DNA of 64,000 nt from the NCBI RefSeq assembly GCF_001194135.2, contig NC_068986.1, forward strand, positions 109,405,304 through 109,469,303. The letters are read 5' to 3'. Source of the stretch: Octopus bimaculoides (taxonomy: Eukaryota). Made by a program: the position numbers and the translations under genes. Positions within the stretch are counted from its first letter, which is position 1. Each line of letters starts with the position of its first letter. Of the stretch, positions 51,763 to 64,000 are shown piece after piece. Under the pieces are notes generated by a model, which was not told the DNA's origin, searched no databases, and worked only from the letters and a program-made list of their open reading frames with translations.

Positions 51763-52305
51763 TTCTATATTTAAGAGATGAGGAATTATTTACATTTGAC
51801 GGATATTTGTCCTCATCTTGTTTGTTGTTAACACAACGTTTCGGCTGATATACCCTCCAGCCTTCATCAGGTGTCTTGGGGAAATTTTGAACCTGGGGTT
51901 CTCATTCCTAAGGTATTTTTCAATGTTATTATTATCATCATTCAGGTCACTGCCTGGAATTGAACTCGGAATCTTGGGGTTAGTAGCCCGTGCTCTTAAC
52001 CACTACGCCATATGAAAGATAGGAAAATATTAGATTTATAAGCCCCAAAAATTCACTCCATAATTGCCCACAGGCATATGGTGTAGTAGTTAAGAACGCG
52101 GGCTACTAACCCCAAGATTCCAAATTCGATTCCAGGCAGTGACCTAAATGATAATAATATCGAAAAATACCTTAGGAATGAGAACCCAGGTTTGAAATTT
52201 CCCCAAGACACCTGATGAAGGCTGGAGGGTATATCAGCCGAAATGTTGTGTTAACAACAAACAAGATGAGGACAAATATCCGTCAAATGTAAATAATGTA
52301 AATAA
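51763..52305. mobile_element. Head-to-head pair of tRNA-headed hammerhead SINEs (51763-52014 minus, 52072-52305 plus)
   Basis: Arms are reverse complements; both carry A/B boxes and the CTGATGA...GAAA core. Confidence 0.88.
51830..51875 (-). ncRNA. Minimal type I hammerhead ribozyme with intact core; predicted cleavage GUU| between 51835 and 51834
   Basis: GACAC-CUGAUGA-A-GGCUG(GAGGGUAUAU)CAGCC-GAAA-CGUU-GUGUU: stem I 5 bp, stem II 5 bp, palindromic ACGU stem III. Confidence 0.7.
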
Positions 52306-52936
52306 CGAAGATATAATGTTGCGATAAAATAACAGTATTAAACAATGACTAATATTTTAATTATTTCAGTAACATGTTTCAGTAATTATCACAACCCCAT
52401 AAGCAAAATAAACCTGCCAAAATAGTGTTGGGATATTCAGTAAGTGAACATGTGAGACTGTACACTGGTGGAATAGACTAAAAGAACTGCTTAGGTTTCA
52501 AACTGAAAGAAATAACTTCCAGTTGCCATCTTGGAAGATACCAATGTATATTTAATGCTATACAGTCAACTGATTTCAATGAAATATTTTAGATGTATGG
52601 TACAGTCAACTGGAAGAAAAAACAACATAACTATTATAAATCTTTCTGATACTAAGCTATTTAAAACAGTCCTTGGTTCCAGAATACTAAATTAAAATTT
52701 TCAATCATAAGTTTCATTACCTTTTAAATAAAGTTTTAAACATCAGTTTTTAATGGTTATTTTAATAAAGCTTTCCAAATTATTTTCAGAATAAATGGAA
52801 ACACAGCCAGTGTATTTCATGAGAAAAAGTTTCACAAAAGAACTAAGAAAATGTATATTAATTTATGAACACTTACTAATATGAATGAATATTTATTAAT
52901 ATTCAAATAAGTATAATGCTGGGAAATATTCCTTAC

Positions 52937-52988
52937 CTGGAATCAACGTTGGCAATTGTTGTGTGGCCAAAATCAGTGGAATTACCAA
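52937..52988 (-). CDS. TMEM63: TMEM63 exon GNSTDFGHTTIANVDS
   Basis: FG-x-TTIAN motif; phase 1-2. Confidence 0.92.
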
Positions 52989-53296
52989 CTGAAAATTATA
53001 AAAACAAAATAAATACAAAGTAAATCTTAATACATATCTTAAAAGCCAAGAGGGTAAGTTGATTATATCAGCCCTAGTATTTTACTGGTACTTTATTTAA
53101 TCAATCCCAGAAGAATAAAAGCAAATTTGATCTTGGCATGGTTTGAAATCACATTACAAACAACCATATCTTCATACTACATAGAACTTTGTGTAACACT
53201 AACACAATTTGGTTAGTACAGGTTACAGACTATAGTCTTCTCAAAATTGTAGTTACTTATTTCTGATATAAATTGTACAGTTTAGTTCATACTTAC

Positions 53297-53436
53297 CAAG
53301 ATTGCCTTGAAAGTTAACAGGTAACACAACAGCAGTTGAGAGGGTACATATCACACAGAGGTAGACCAAAAGGTACCGCTGAAATGACAGGTACTGCACT
53401 GCATCACGGCCACATTTGCGAAGAATATCTGCATCT
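53297..53436 (-). CDS. TMEM63: TMEM63 exon DADILRKCGRDAVQYLSFQRYLL...LPVNFQGNL
   Basis: KCG-x-DA-x-x-YLSFQR and LPVN motifs; phase 2-1. Confidence 0.95.
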
Positions 53437-53781
53437 CTGCAAAGAGTGAATCACATATCCAAGTAAATGAGAGAACCAATCAAGTACTGTATTTCATAAC
53501 AATGCGGTCCCAAATTGAAATGGACCCCTAGTATTTACAGGATGCTGGTATTGTTACTTAGCCTCTGATTGGCTCTGATTCAGCAGGCACTCCAGCCAAT
53601 CAGGGATTAATCTACTTTTACAGCAACAGCTACATCATTATTTTCATCAAGTGATATAACTAACAGGAGGATATTAGATATTATAATACTAATTATGATA
53701 ATTCTTCAATAAATAAAGAACAACAGAAGTAGTTGATAGTTATTTGACGACAATAGTTCCAAAAGAAAATAGTTTTCTTAC

Positions 53782-53819
53782 TTGACTCGTATAAATGCAG
53801 CAATCCATGAACAAAATCC
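53782..53819 (-). CDS. TMEM63: TMEM63 exon GFCSWIAAFIRV
   Basis: GFCSW motif; phase 0-2. Confidence 0.92.
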
Positions 53820-53847
53820 CTAAAAATACAAGAAAATTATACATTAG

Positions 53848-53884
<37 letters not shown>

Positions 53885-55360
53885 GTGCCACATAAAAAGT
53901 GTCCAGTCCACACTGTAAAGTGGTAGGCATTTGGAAGGGCATCCAGCTGTAAAAACGATGCCAAAACTGACTTCACTTCTGAAGGGTAGTTGGTGTTAGG
54001 AAGGGCATCCAGCAGTAAAAAATCATGCTAAAACAGACACTGAAGCCTTGTACAGTCTTCTGCCTATCCAGCTCTGGTCAAACCGTCTAACCCATGCTGC
54101 CATGTGTAGAATGGTTTGATAAGGAACCATCAAGTGTAGGGCTGTATCGAGTTTCAATGTCATCTACAACTGGACATCCTTCCTAATGCTAACCACTTTA
54201 CAGAGTGTATTGGACGTTTGTTTTCATGCTAGTGGCACTAGTGAGATTGCCATGTAAACTTGTAAGACAGAAGAGAAGAGAGAGAGAAGAGAAGAAAATG
54301 GAGGAAAAAGCCACCACTACTAAGAAGTATTTAGGAGGGGAAGGTGGAAATGAGTGGCTGTATGTCAGGTATTGAAAGGCTGTAGGTGCAGGAGTGGCTG
54401 TGTGGTAAGTAGCTTGCTTACCAACCACATGATTCCGGGTTCATTCCCACTGCGTGGCATATTAGGCAAGTGTCTTCTACTATAGCCTCAGGCCGACCAA
54501 AGCCTTGTGAGTGGATTTAGTTGACGGAAACTGAAAGAAGCCCGTCGTATATGTATATATATATGTATATGTATGTGTGTGTATATGTTTGTGGGTGTTT
54601 GCCCCACCAACATCGCTTGACAGCCGATGCTGGTGTGTTTACATCCCTGTAACTTAGCAGTTCGGCAATAGAGGCCAATAGAATAAGTACTAGGCTTCCA
54701 AAGAATAAGCTCTGGGGTCAATTTGCTCGACTAAAGGCGGTGCTCCAACATGGCCACAGTCAAATGACTGCAAGAAGTAAAAGAGTACTATACAAGGGTT
54801 CATAAAGAGATCCCTAAATTATTTCAACAAACAAATGTAAAAGGCCCTAACTCAACATTTTTATTAAATCATCGAAGAGTTAATGTTACCTACATTAAAT
54901 ATCTTGAGAATAACTAAAACAGGGTTTGGTTTTTGGTTTTTTCTTGTCTTGGTTGTGGGTTTTCAAAGCTAATGAAAAAACATTCCTGAACTTCACACAA
55001 TAAATGTAGTGTTTACTGTAATGATCGATGCCCATCCCCAACCACACACACCTCTTAACAACTCCTAGAACTGGGCCATTGTGCCTTGGTGTGGCTAATG
55101 CAGTAAAAAACGAGATGTTAGTGAAGCATAAGAAGATTTAACCAAGGGAACATTTAAAATGGAGCTTTTCATTAAAGAATGATTTTAATTTTTACACAAA
55201 CATCTCATGCACTTGTAATATTGTATCATTGAATAACGTTCTTAAAAATATTGTGCAGTCAAGCAGAAAGTGGGAGTGAGACCAGCATAGTTTACCCTAG
55301 TTGGCAAATAGCTACCTCCTACATTGAAGATCATACCACCGTGGTTACTGCTAAAATTAT

Positions 55361-57025
55361 ATATGTACACATACATACATATATATATATATATACACAC
55401 ACACATACATACACACACATACACACACACATATATATATATATATACACACACAAACATGTACATACATACACACACGTATACACACAAACACGCACAT
55501 ACAAACATCTACACACATGTACATACACACACATGCAAATACATACATACATATATACACATATACACACATCATCAACACACAGATATATATATATACA
55601 CACACCACATATATATATATATATATATACACACACATACACACATATNNNNNNNNNNNNNNNNNNNNNNNNNNNNNNNNNNNNNNNNNNNNNNNNNNNN
55701 NNNNNNNNNNNNNNNNNNNNNNNNNNNNNNNNNNNNNNNNNNNNNNNNNNNNNNNNNNNNNNNNNNNNNNNNNNNNNNNNNNNNNNNNNNNNNNNNNNNN
55801 NNNNNNNNNNNNNNNNNNNNNNNNNNNNNNNNNNNNNNNNNNNNNNNNNNNNNNNNNNNNNNNNNNNNNNNNNNNNNNNNNNNNNNNNNNNNNNNNNNNN
55901 NNNNNNNNNNNNNNNNNNNNNNNNNNNNNNNNNNNNNNNNNNNNNNNNNNNNNNNNNNNNNNNNNNNNNNNNNNNNNNNNNNNNNNNNNNNNNNNNNNNN
56001 NNNNNNNNNNNNNNNNNNNNNNNNNNNNNNNNNNNNNNNNNNNNNNNNNNNNNNNNNNNNNNNNNNNNNNNNNNNNNNNNNNNNNNNNNNNNNNNNNNNN
56101 NNNNNNNNNNNNNNNNNNNNNNNNNNNNNNNNNNNNNNNNNNNNNNNNNNNNNNNNNNNNNNNNNNNNNNNNNNNNNNNNNNNNNNNNNNNNNNNNNNNN
56201 NNNNNNNNNNNNNNNNNNNNNNNNNNNNNNNNNNNNNNNNNNNNNNNNNNNNNNNNNNNNNNNNNNNNNNNNNNNNNNNNNNNNNNNNNNNNNNNNNNNN
56301 NNNNNNNNNNNNNNNNNNNNNNNNNNNNNNNNNNNNNNNNNNNNNNNNNNNNNNNNNNNNNNNNNNNNNNNNNNNNNNNNNNNNNNNNNNNNNNNNNNNN
56401 NNNNNNNNNNNNNNNNNNNNNNNNNNNNNNNNNNNNNNNNNNNNNNNNNNNNNNNNNNNNNNNNNNNNNNNNNNNNNNNNNNNNNNNNNNNNNNNNNNNN
56501 NNNNNNNNNNNNNNNNNNNNNNNNNNNNNNNNNNNNNNNNNNNNNNNNNNNNNNNNNNNNNNNNNNNNNNNNNNNNNNNNNNNNNNNNNNNNNNNNNNNN
56601 NNNNNNNNNNNNNACATACATACACACACACACACATACATACACACACACACACATACATACACACACACACACATACATACACACACACATACACACA
56701 TACATACATACACACATACATACATACACACATACATACATACACACATACACACATACATATACACACACACATACATATACACACGCACACATACATA
56801 CATATACACATGCACACGCACACATACACACACATACACATACACACATACATATACACACATACATACATACACACACATTACCCAATCTTGCAAGTGA
56901 ATTGTCATGNNNNNNNNNNCATACATATACACACGCACACATACATACATATACACATGCACACATACACACATACATATACACACATATACACACGCAC
57001 ACATACATACATACATACACACACA
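55361..57025. repeat. Long compound (AC/AT/ATAC)n microsatellite spanning assembly gaps
   Basis: Direct reading; source of the spurious HT/CV-rich ORFs. Confidence 0.95.
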
Positions 57026-57203
57026 TTACCCAATCTTGCAAGTGAATTGTCATGCAACAATGTTTGGCACCATAAGTTTAAGCTGTCACAGTTGAGTGAA
57101 CATGCCCAGTGACAATCCGAAACAATCAAGGTTATCAGATTTTGTATTCTTTTATTCTTTTACTTGTTTCGGTCATTTGACTGCAGCTCTGCTGTAAACT
57201 TAC

Positions 57204-57291
57204 CCGATCTTGTAAGTGAATTGTTGTATCCAAAGACTCACTTGAGCCTGACATATTTTGATCATGGCTGCAGTAGAATAAAGTTGTCCAC
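57204..57291 (-). CDS. TMEM63: TMEM63 exon WTTLFYCSHDQNMSGSSESLDTTIHLQDR; upstream exons not found in the window
   Basis: ttcttcag| acceptor, cgg|gtaagt donor; joins in frame to GFCSW. Confidence 0.85.
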
Positions 57292-60200
57292 CTGAAGAAA
57301 AACAAAGAGAGAATATATTAGTTTAGCCACAAATTATCAATAAATAGATATCTATCACTATGGAGAGAAATAATATATTTATATTTGTGTATCTACGAAA
57401 TTATAGAAATAAATAGATATTTTACCACATAGACTCTTTTCTCTCATAAAAATATATTGGAAATAGATCTCACATTGATTTTGATTAATGATTATTCTAA
57501 TAGATTATTCCAATGGAACAATTCATTGAATAAATAGCAGAATATTCCAATACTTTGGAGAAGATAATATAGCTTAAAAAGTGATGAGAATGACATCACT
57601 TCAAAAGGAATACATTTTCAAAGAAATAAATACTTCTACATTAAGTGATAAATCATGAGCCAAAGATGAACACTAGTGTTTTAATTCTAATTTTGAAGTC
57701 ATGTGTAGTGAGATGCTTTCTTAAAAACCTATTTAGGTAAATAATCCTTGTAAACATAAATTATTATGACATACAACAGCATTAAATAACTAAACTTTTG
57801 CACAAGTCACAAGATAAACCCAGTCAGGGCTTGTCTGGCTTCTGATTTAAATATTTCATCAACATGGCTTCAGATTTAAATATTTTATCAACATATAAGG
57901 AGTGGTTGAAAGCTGATGAATACAACCCCAGAACATTAATAATATTTACTGTCTCAAGTCTTTATGGGCAAAATAGATGGTGTGAGTGTGTGGTGGAGAT
58001 AAATCAAGCAGAAACACTGCCATATTTACATATATTTATATATACAAACATAGATTATTCATTGGTAAACCAGGGAAAATGAGACAGGCAAATACTAAGG
58101 AAGGTAGAACCTTAAATATAAAGAGAGAGAGAGAGAGAGAAAGAGAGGGAGAAAAAGGGAGAAAGAGAGAGGGTGAGAGAGAGAGATGAGTTGATAGACA
58201 TTTAGACAGGTATCCAGAGAAGATGAGCAACAAACTGATGGAAACGAACTAAATGTCATCATCATCATCATCATCACTGAATGCCCGTCTTTCATGCTGT
58301 TGTGGATCGCACGCTTCAATAGGATCTGATGAATTGGAAGACTGAGTCACTCTTCAATATCTGCATTGGCTAGATGCCTGCAGTTGGGGGTCCTTCCTCA
58401 TACCAACCACTTTACATAGTGAACTGGGTGCCTTTTTACTTTATTTTTTTTTATGCGCTGGCACTAGTAAAGTTATCATGTAATTCACAAGGCTTAGAGA
58501 CTGCTTGACTGAGTAGGAATTTANNNNNNNNNNAAACCTGTTTCTGTCCCTTCCTCTATACTTTAAAGAAAGTAAATGGTAAGCTCACTACATCCATATT
58601 TAAAGGCCAACTTTAACTTGACCCAGATTAATCTGGGTAAAGTCTTGAGTCTTAAACACAATTTGATCCTTAGTTGCAAATGTGTGGTTTCACTTACATA
58701 AAGAAAGAGATAAACATCACCTAATTTCCTATCCCCTCTCTTATCATTAAATTACTTCTATGTACAGAAATCAATAACAGTCTTTAAAATATCAATTAAT
58801 TTGATAAGTAAATTCCTTGGAAATTTCTTTCCATTAAATAGAACTGCACTCTTCACCAGCTTCTTGATTCCACTTATTCTTCTTACTACCTGGAACCATT
58901 TTACTGATTACCCATCTTTCTTAATATTGTCCTCTCCACCTACTTTTTACATTGATCATTGTCAACCACACATCTCTCTCTCTCTCTCTCTCTCATCCTT
59001 TCTCTATCTATTCAACTATTATTACTATTCTGTTGCTTTTCATCTCCACCTTTTTCTGCACTGTCAGTCATCTCCTACTCTCCCCCACCTCATATATATC
59101 ATTAGTCACCCTCCACCCCTTATCCACCATTCATTATATAACCCCTCCACCCTTAATTCCTACAGACATCACCTACTCTCCTCTTCATACCATCCCTCAG
59201 CATCAATTCTTCATTGTATTCACACACCCTCTCACCCATTTCCCATCTCTAACCATCCCTCACTCTCTCATACACTCTTTCAACCTCTACCCATCCACAC
59301 TTCCTCTTGTTCTTCTCCACCCCCTCACTTCTACTCATCACCCCTATTTTATCACTTTATCCTACTCCAGCTCCATCCACTCCCACCCCCTCTTCTATAA
59401 TGTATGTGGCCATGTAGCAAGAAACCCGTTCTGTTCTAGCCCCTTCTTTCATACTTTAACCCTTTATCTCATTAGCATAAATTCACCTCCCAGTCTGTGA
59501 GTTCTACTCAGTAGAACTGTGTAGTTCTACTCAGTTGTAGTTCTACTCAGTTGAAGTCTTGTGAGCTGCATAGTGACCCCCACCACCCTGTTTACACTCT
59601 GTAAAGTGGCTGACATTAGGAAGGACATCTGGACATAGAAACTATGGCCAAGGCAGATATTGGAGCACAATGGAGTTTTTGGACTGACCAGATCCTAACA
59701 AACCATTTTACCCATGTCAACTTGGAACATGGACATTAAATTATAATGGTGAGGATTTCTCTTTGATTTTACTAGTCAGCAGCAGCTCAACGTTTCTGAG
59801 CTTTGTTCTAATTAAGACAACAATCATTTGTCTCTAATGAGCAGTTATTTCTCATCATAGCTAAAACACTTCTCTTCAGTTATTGGACTGTGGCCATGCT
59901 GGAGTACTATCTTTAATAAGTTGCCATTTCTACAGATCTGTCGCCGCACAAGTTTTTGGGAGGAAGCTGCTAATATCTTTGAATATCTCAAAGTAATGTT
60001 CCACACCTCACCTTGCTCTATCAATCAGACAAATAAATGACAAAATCTACAATTGATTTGAGAAACAGAACATGACAAACAGAACAGTAATGCTTCATTA
60101 GTTTTGATTGATTGATAAACAAATAACGAGCAAAGAAGACATTTGCTCAGCATGCACATGATTAAACATGAATGTTAGTTGTTAATTAAACAAATGATGA

Positions 60201-60468
60201 CCTACTTTATATTTGAGGGATTAACATACGTAACAATAATAATAATCTTTTCTATTTTAGACAAAAGCCTGAAATTTTTGGAGAAGAAAGTTATTTGATT
60301 AGATAGGGCCCAGCGCTCAACTGGTATTTATTTCATTGACTCCAAAAGGTTGAAAGGCAGAGCCAACCTCAGTGGAACTTAAACTCAGAATGTAAAGCTG
60401 AATGAAATGCTTCTCAGCATATTGTCTGGCATGATTCTGCCAATTTACCATTTCATATAAAACAATAA

Positions 60469-60828
60469 TAACAAGAGCACTCAGAGAGTGCAAACCTCCG
60501 CCAAGGCAACACCAATGTCCCCTTAATGATTAGCCAGAGATGATTTTTAAAGGGAGAATATTTGAAATAAATTCGACTGCTCTCATAAATGAGAATACTA
60601 AAAACGAATCCGACTGCTCTCAAAAATTCAGTGAAATGATAGGAAAAATAATCTGGAATCCTCGTCTGGTACCAGATCGATTCCAAAATCTAATCAGTTT
60701 GTGCCAGTCACAAGGCCAAGCATCCCTGAAAGTTTCATCTGAATCCATCCAGTGGTTCTTGAGATATCTTGACCATGGACAAACAAACAAACATGACTTG
60801 AAACAATACTTCCGCCTTAGGAAGAAAT
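60469..60828 (+). mobile_element. Helentron/HINE-like non-autonomous element
   Basis: acctccgccaagg subterminal motif, aaaatctaatcagtt and aagtttcatc.gaatcc..cca..ggttcttgagatatc blocks, (AAAC)n, then aacaatacttccgcc near the end; family assignment from recall. Confidence 0.5.
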
Positions 60829-62524
60829 TAGAATCTTTTATGTGTGTGTGTGTGTGTGTGCCAATCAGTCCATTCAGCTGCCAAAAATGGGTAGTACCTG
60901 TAATTACAAAGGGGCCAGCTTTGTCACATTCTGTGTGGTGCTGACTTTCCCTGGGAACTACATTAAGGGCACACATGTCTGTGGAATGCTCAGCCACTTG
61001 TATATTAATTTCACGAGCAGACTGTTCTGGTGATCGGAACAACTGGAACCCTTATCATTGTAACGAATGGAGTGCAAATAACGGTAAACCAATCAGTACA
61101 TCACTGCTTAATTATTATTTTCTTCGTATTTAATCAACAAAATACAATGTTTATTATATGACAATGTCTCCTGATGATGGATCCTATAAAGGAGCTGTTG
61201 AAGTAGCGAACCACGAAACATGGTTGGAATTCCTCAAAAGTATCTTATTATTCAACCAACTGGTTTTGGAAAATACTAAAAATGTTTTTACATAAAATTA
61301 TAATAGTTTTAATTTAAATGTGAAAACTTTAAACCTGACAGTTCTGTACCCTGATTTTAAGTGAGTTGGAATTAAAAGGTTAAACTTTCAGAGTTGGATA
61401 AGAGATGTTGTTGTTGTTATTGTATTTCATAGTCTCGAGTTGGCCATGATGGAGCAAAGAACCTCCGATAAAATGTGTTACTGTATTAGGTTACAAGCAT
61501 CATCATAATTTATCCTTTACAAAGAAACTCAAAGGAAAGGATGGGAGAAGACAGAGGCACTTCAATAAACCAACAAGAACCATTCCACTATTTTATTGTA
61601 TTACTAATTCTGGAAGAAACAAAAATGTCAACCCCAAAAGAATTCAAACTCAGAACAGAGAAAAGCAAATCCTAATGACTTTATAATATTTTGTTGGATT
61701 CTCTCAGGTTTCAGCCACGTCACTAATTTCACAAAATATCAGACAACTGATTTTATTTTACAAATGGCTGCATGCAAATAATGTCACCTAGAACCAGTCA
61801 ACCATGGTTGAAAAGATTCATAATTAAAGCTATTCCAACTATGAACATTGTGTCTGTCTGTGTGTCACGTTATTCAATGTAACTTCTTTTTAAAACTGTA
61901 CGGCTTGGGCTGATAGCTGCTACTTCTAGCAGGTCCAACTGTAAATGGAAGGGAAGAGTCAAAAGATTTAATTTCTCATAGTGTTTTACTGATAGCCGTG
62001 ATTATGTTTACCAACCCCCAACAGAAGAACCTGGACTTAGAATGTACAAGAATGAAATCAGATACTTCGTGGTATTTGGAGAGAGAGTGACAATGCAGTG
62101 CTGCACTTTGCTACTTCTGCCAAGTCACAACCTCAACTCAATAATGAAACACTATTGATTAACCGAAATTAGCATCAAGTTATTTTCGAAACGATGTGGT
62201 GCCAACTCAACTGAGTGCAGACAATGCTGTGTCAAGGTGGTTTATAGGAATGGTTCAGGAGACTGTATTCTTCGGCATGCTTGGTATTTTTTAAACTTTG
62301 ATTTATTTTTGAAAGAAAGAGGAAAAGAAGGACAGGGAAACGGGGCGGGGGGATAACTGACAGTCATTTTGTTAGTAATCAGGTTAAAAATGTAGGACAA
62401 AAGATCAGAATGTAATTTCTTTCAAAATTTATCTGTGCCAAGTATTTTTAGCAACAAGGACCTGTGGAAATTGAACATTTTATAAGAAGTTGTTGATTCT
62501 ATTTTGATGCATAGATATAGATAT

Positions 62525-63650
62525 ACTCTTTTACTCATTTACTTGTTTCAGTCATTTGACTGCGGCCATGCTGGAGCACTGCCTTTAGTCAAGAAAATCG
62601 ATCCCAGGACTTATTCTTTGTAAGCCTAGTACTTATTCTATCGGTCTTTTTTGCTGAACCGCTAAGTTATGGGGATGTAAACACACCACCATAGGTTGTA
62701 AAGCAATGCTGGGGAGGACAAACACAGACACACAAACACAGACACACATATATATATATATATACATATATACGACGGGCTTCTTTCAGTTTCCATCTAC
62801 TAAATCCACTCACAAGGCTTTGATCGGCCCAAGGCTATAGTAGAAGACACTTGCCCAAGGTGCCACGCAGTGGGACTGAACCCGGAACCATGTGGTTGGT
62901 AAGCAAGCTACTTACCACACAGCTACTCCTGCGCCTTATCGATCTTTGTAAATATTATTTCACTGGGTTAAACATTCCAGTTCTATTTTCAATTTCCTTC
63001 CATAGTTTTAGAGGTTAACATTCATAGAAACAAGCAGAACAACCATTTTCTTTTATCTTGTACTTGTTTCAGTCATTGGACTATGGCCATGCTGGGGCAC
63101 CACCCTGAAGGGTTTAGTCCAGCAAATCAATTCCAAGATTTATTTTCAGTCCGATGTTTTTTCTACCAGTCTCTTTTGCTGAAATGCTAGGCCACAAGGA
63201 CATAAACAAACCAACACCAGTTGTCAAGCAGTCGTGAAGGACAAATGCAAACACATTTTAGATTTATTTTTATCAAACTTTCATTACTTTGTGAGAAATT
63301 AAAAAAATTTTATAACCAACCACATGGTTCTGGGTTCAGTCCCACTGCGTGGCACCTTGGGCAAGTGTCTTCTACTATAGCCTTGGACTGACCAAAGCCT
63401 TATGAGTGGATTTGGTAGACGGAAACTGAAAGAAGCCCGTGTATGTGTTTATCCCCCCCCCCCAACATCACTTGAACATCGCTTGACAACTGATGCTGGT
63501 GTGTTTACATCCCCTTAACTTAGCAGTTTGGCAAACGAGTGATAGAAAAGTACTAGGCTTACAAAGAATAAGTCCTAGGGTCGGTTTGATTGACTAAAGG
63601 CAGTGCTCCAGCATGGCCGCAGTAAAATGACAAACAAATAAAAGAATAAA
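62525..63650. mobile_element. Cluster of family B SINEs in opposite orientations (62525-62935 minus, 63050-63240 minus partial, 63315-63650 plus)
   Basis: Reverse-complement copies about 380 bp apart. Confidence 0.8.
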
Positions 63651-64000
63651 AGAAAAACTAAAGGAGATACAAGATTCAGTAGAAATCTTGACAGAATCGG
63701 TAGAGCAACAATATAACTGTATATTTAATTGATTCTTTTTAGATTCCCAATATTACTCTGTCTGGCTTTGCTTTATCAATCTCCAAGGTTGATTAGATAA
63801 ATACCAATCAAGTATTGAGTATTGATACAAACAGCCATTCCCGCCAAAAGTTGTAGCCTTCAGCCTACATTAGAGATCAAAAAAATATAGTCGAGACAAC
63901 AAGGAAGCATTTAAATGGTTGCTTAATCTGTTAGAAATAGCACCCAACTCACCCACATAACTTTCTAACTTAAAAAGTGAAGGTAACCTTATTTGATAAT

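Overview
AT-rich, gappy animal genomic DNA with very dense (AAT)n/(AC)n/(AG)n microsatellites and SINEs. The repeat landscape points to an octopus/coleoid genome (inference). Two multi-exon genes lie in tandem on the minus strand, both reconstructed by hand from splice sites and phases. (1) A TMEM63/OSCA (CSC1-like) mechanosensitive channel: exons from 57291 to the stop at 23461; its 5' end is not found in the window, and two exons are predicted inside N gaps. (2) CCDC170: ATG at 12341, running off the left edge, with an RFX X-box and a forkhead site about 95-115 bp upstream of the ATG. Introns hold tRNA-derived SINEs, RTE and Penelope (GIY-YIG) relics, Tc1/mariner relics and several MITEs. 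The most notable signal is two separate repeat families carrying minimal type I hammerhead ribozymes. One is a Pol III tRNA-headed SINE that occurs with a Penelope-like inverted-tail architecture, and one of its copies is inserted inside the hammerhead of the other family. All structures were read by eye; no searches or folding programs were run.
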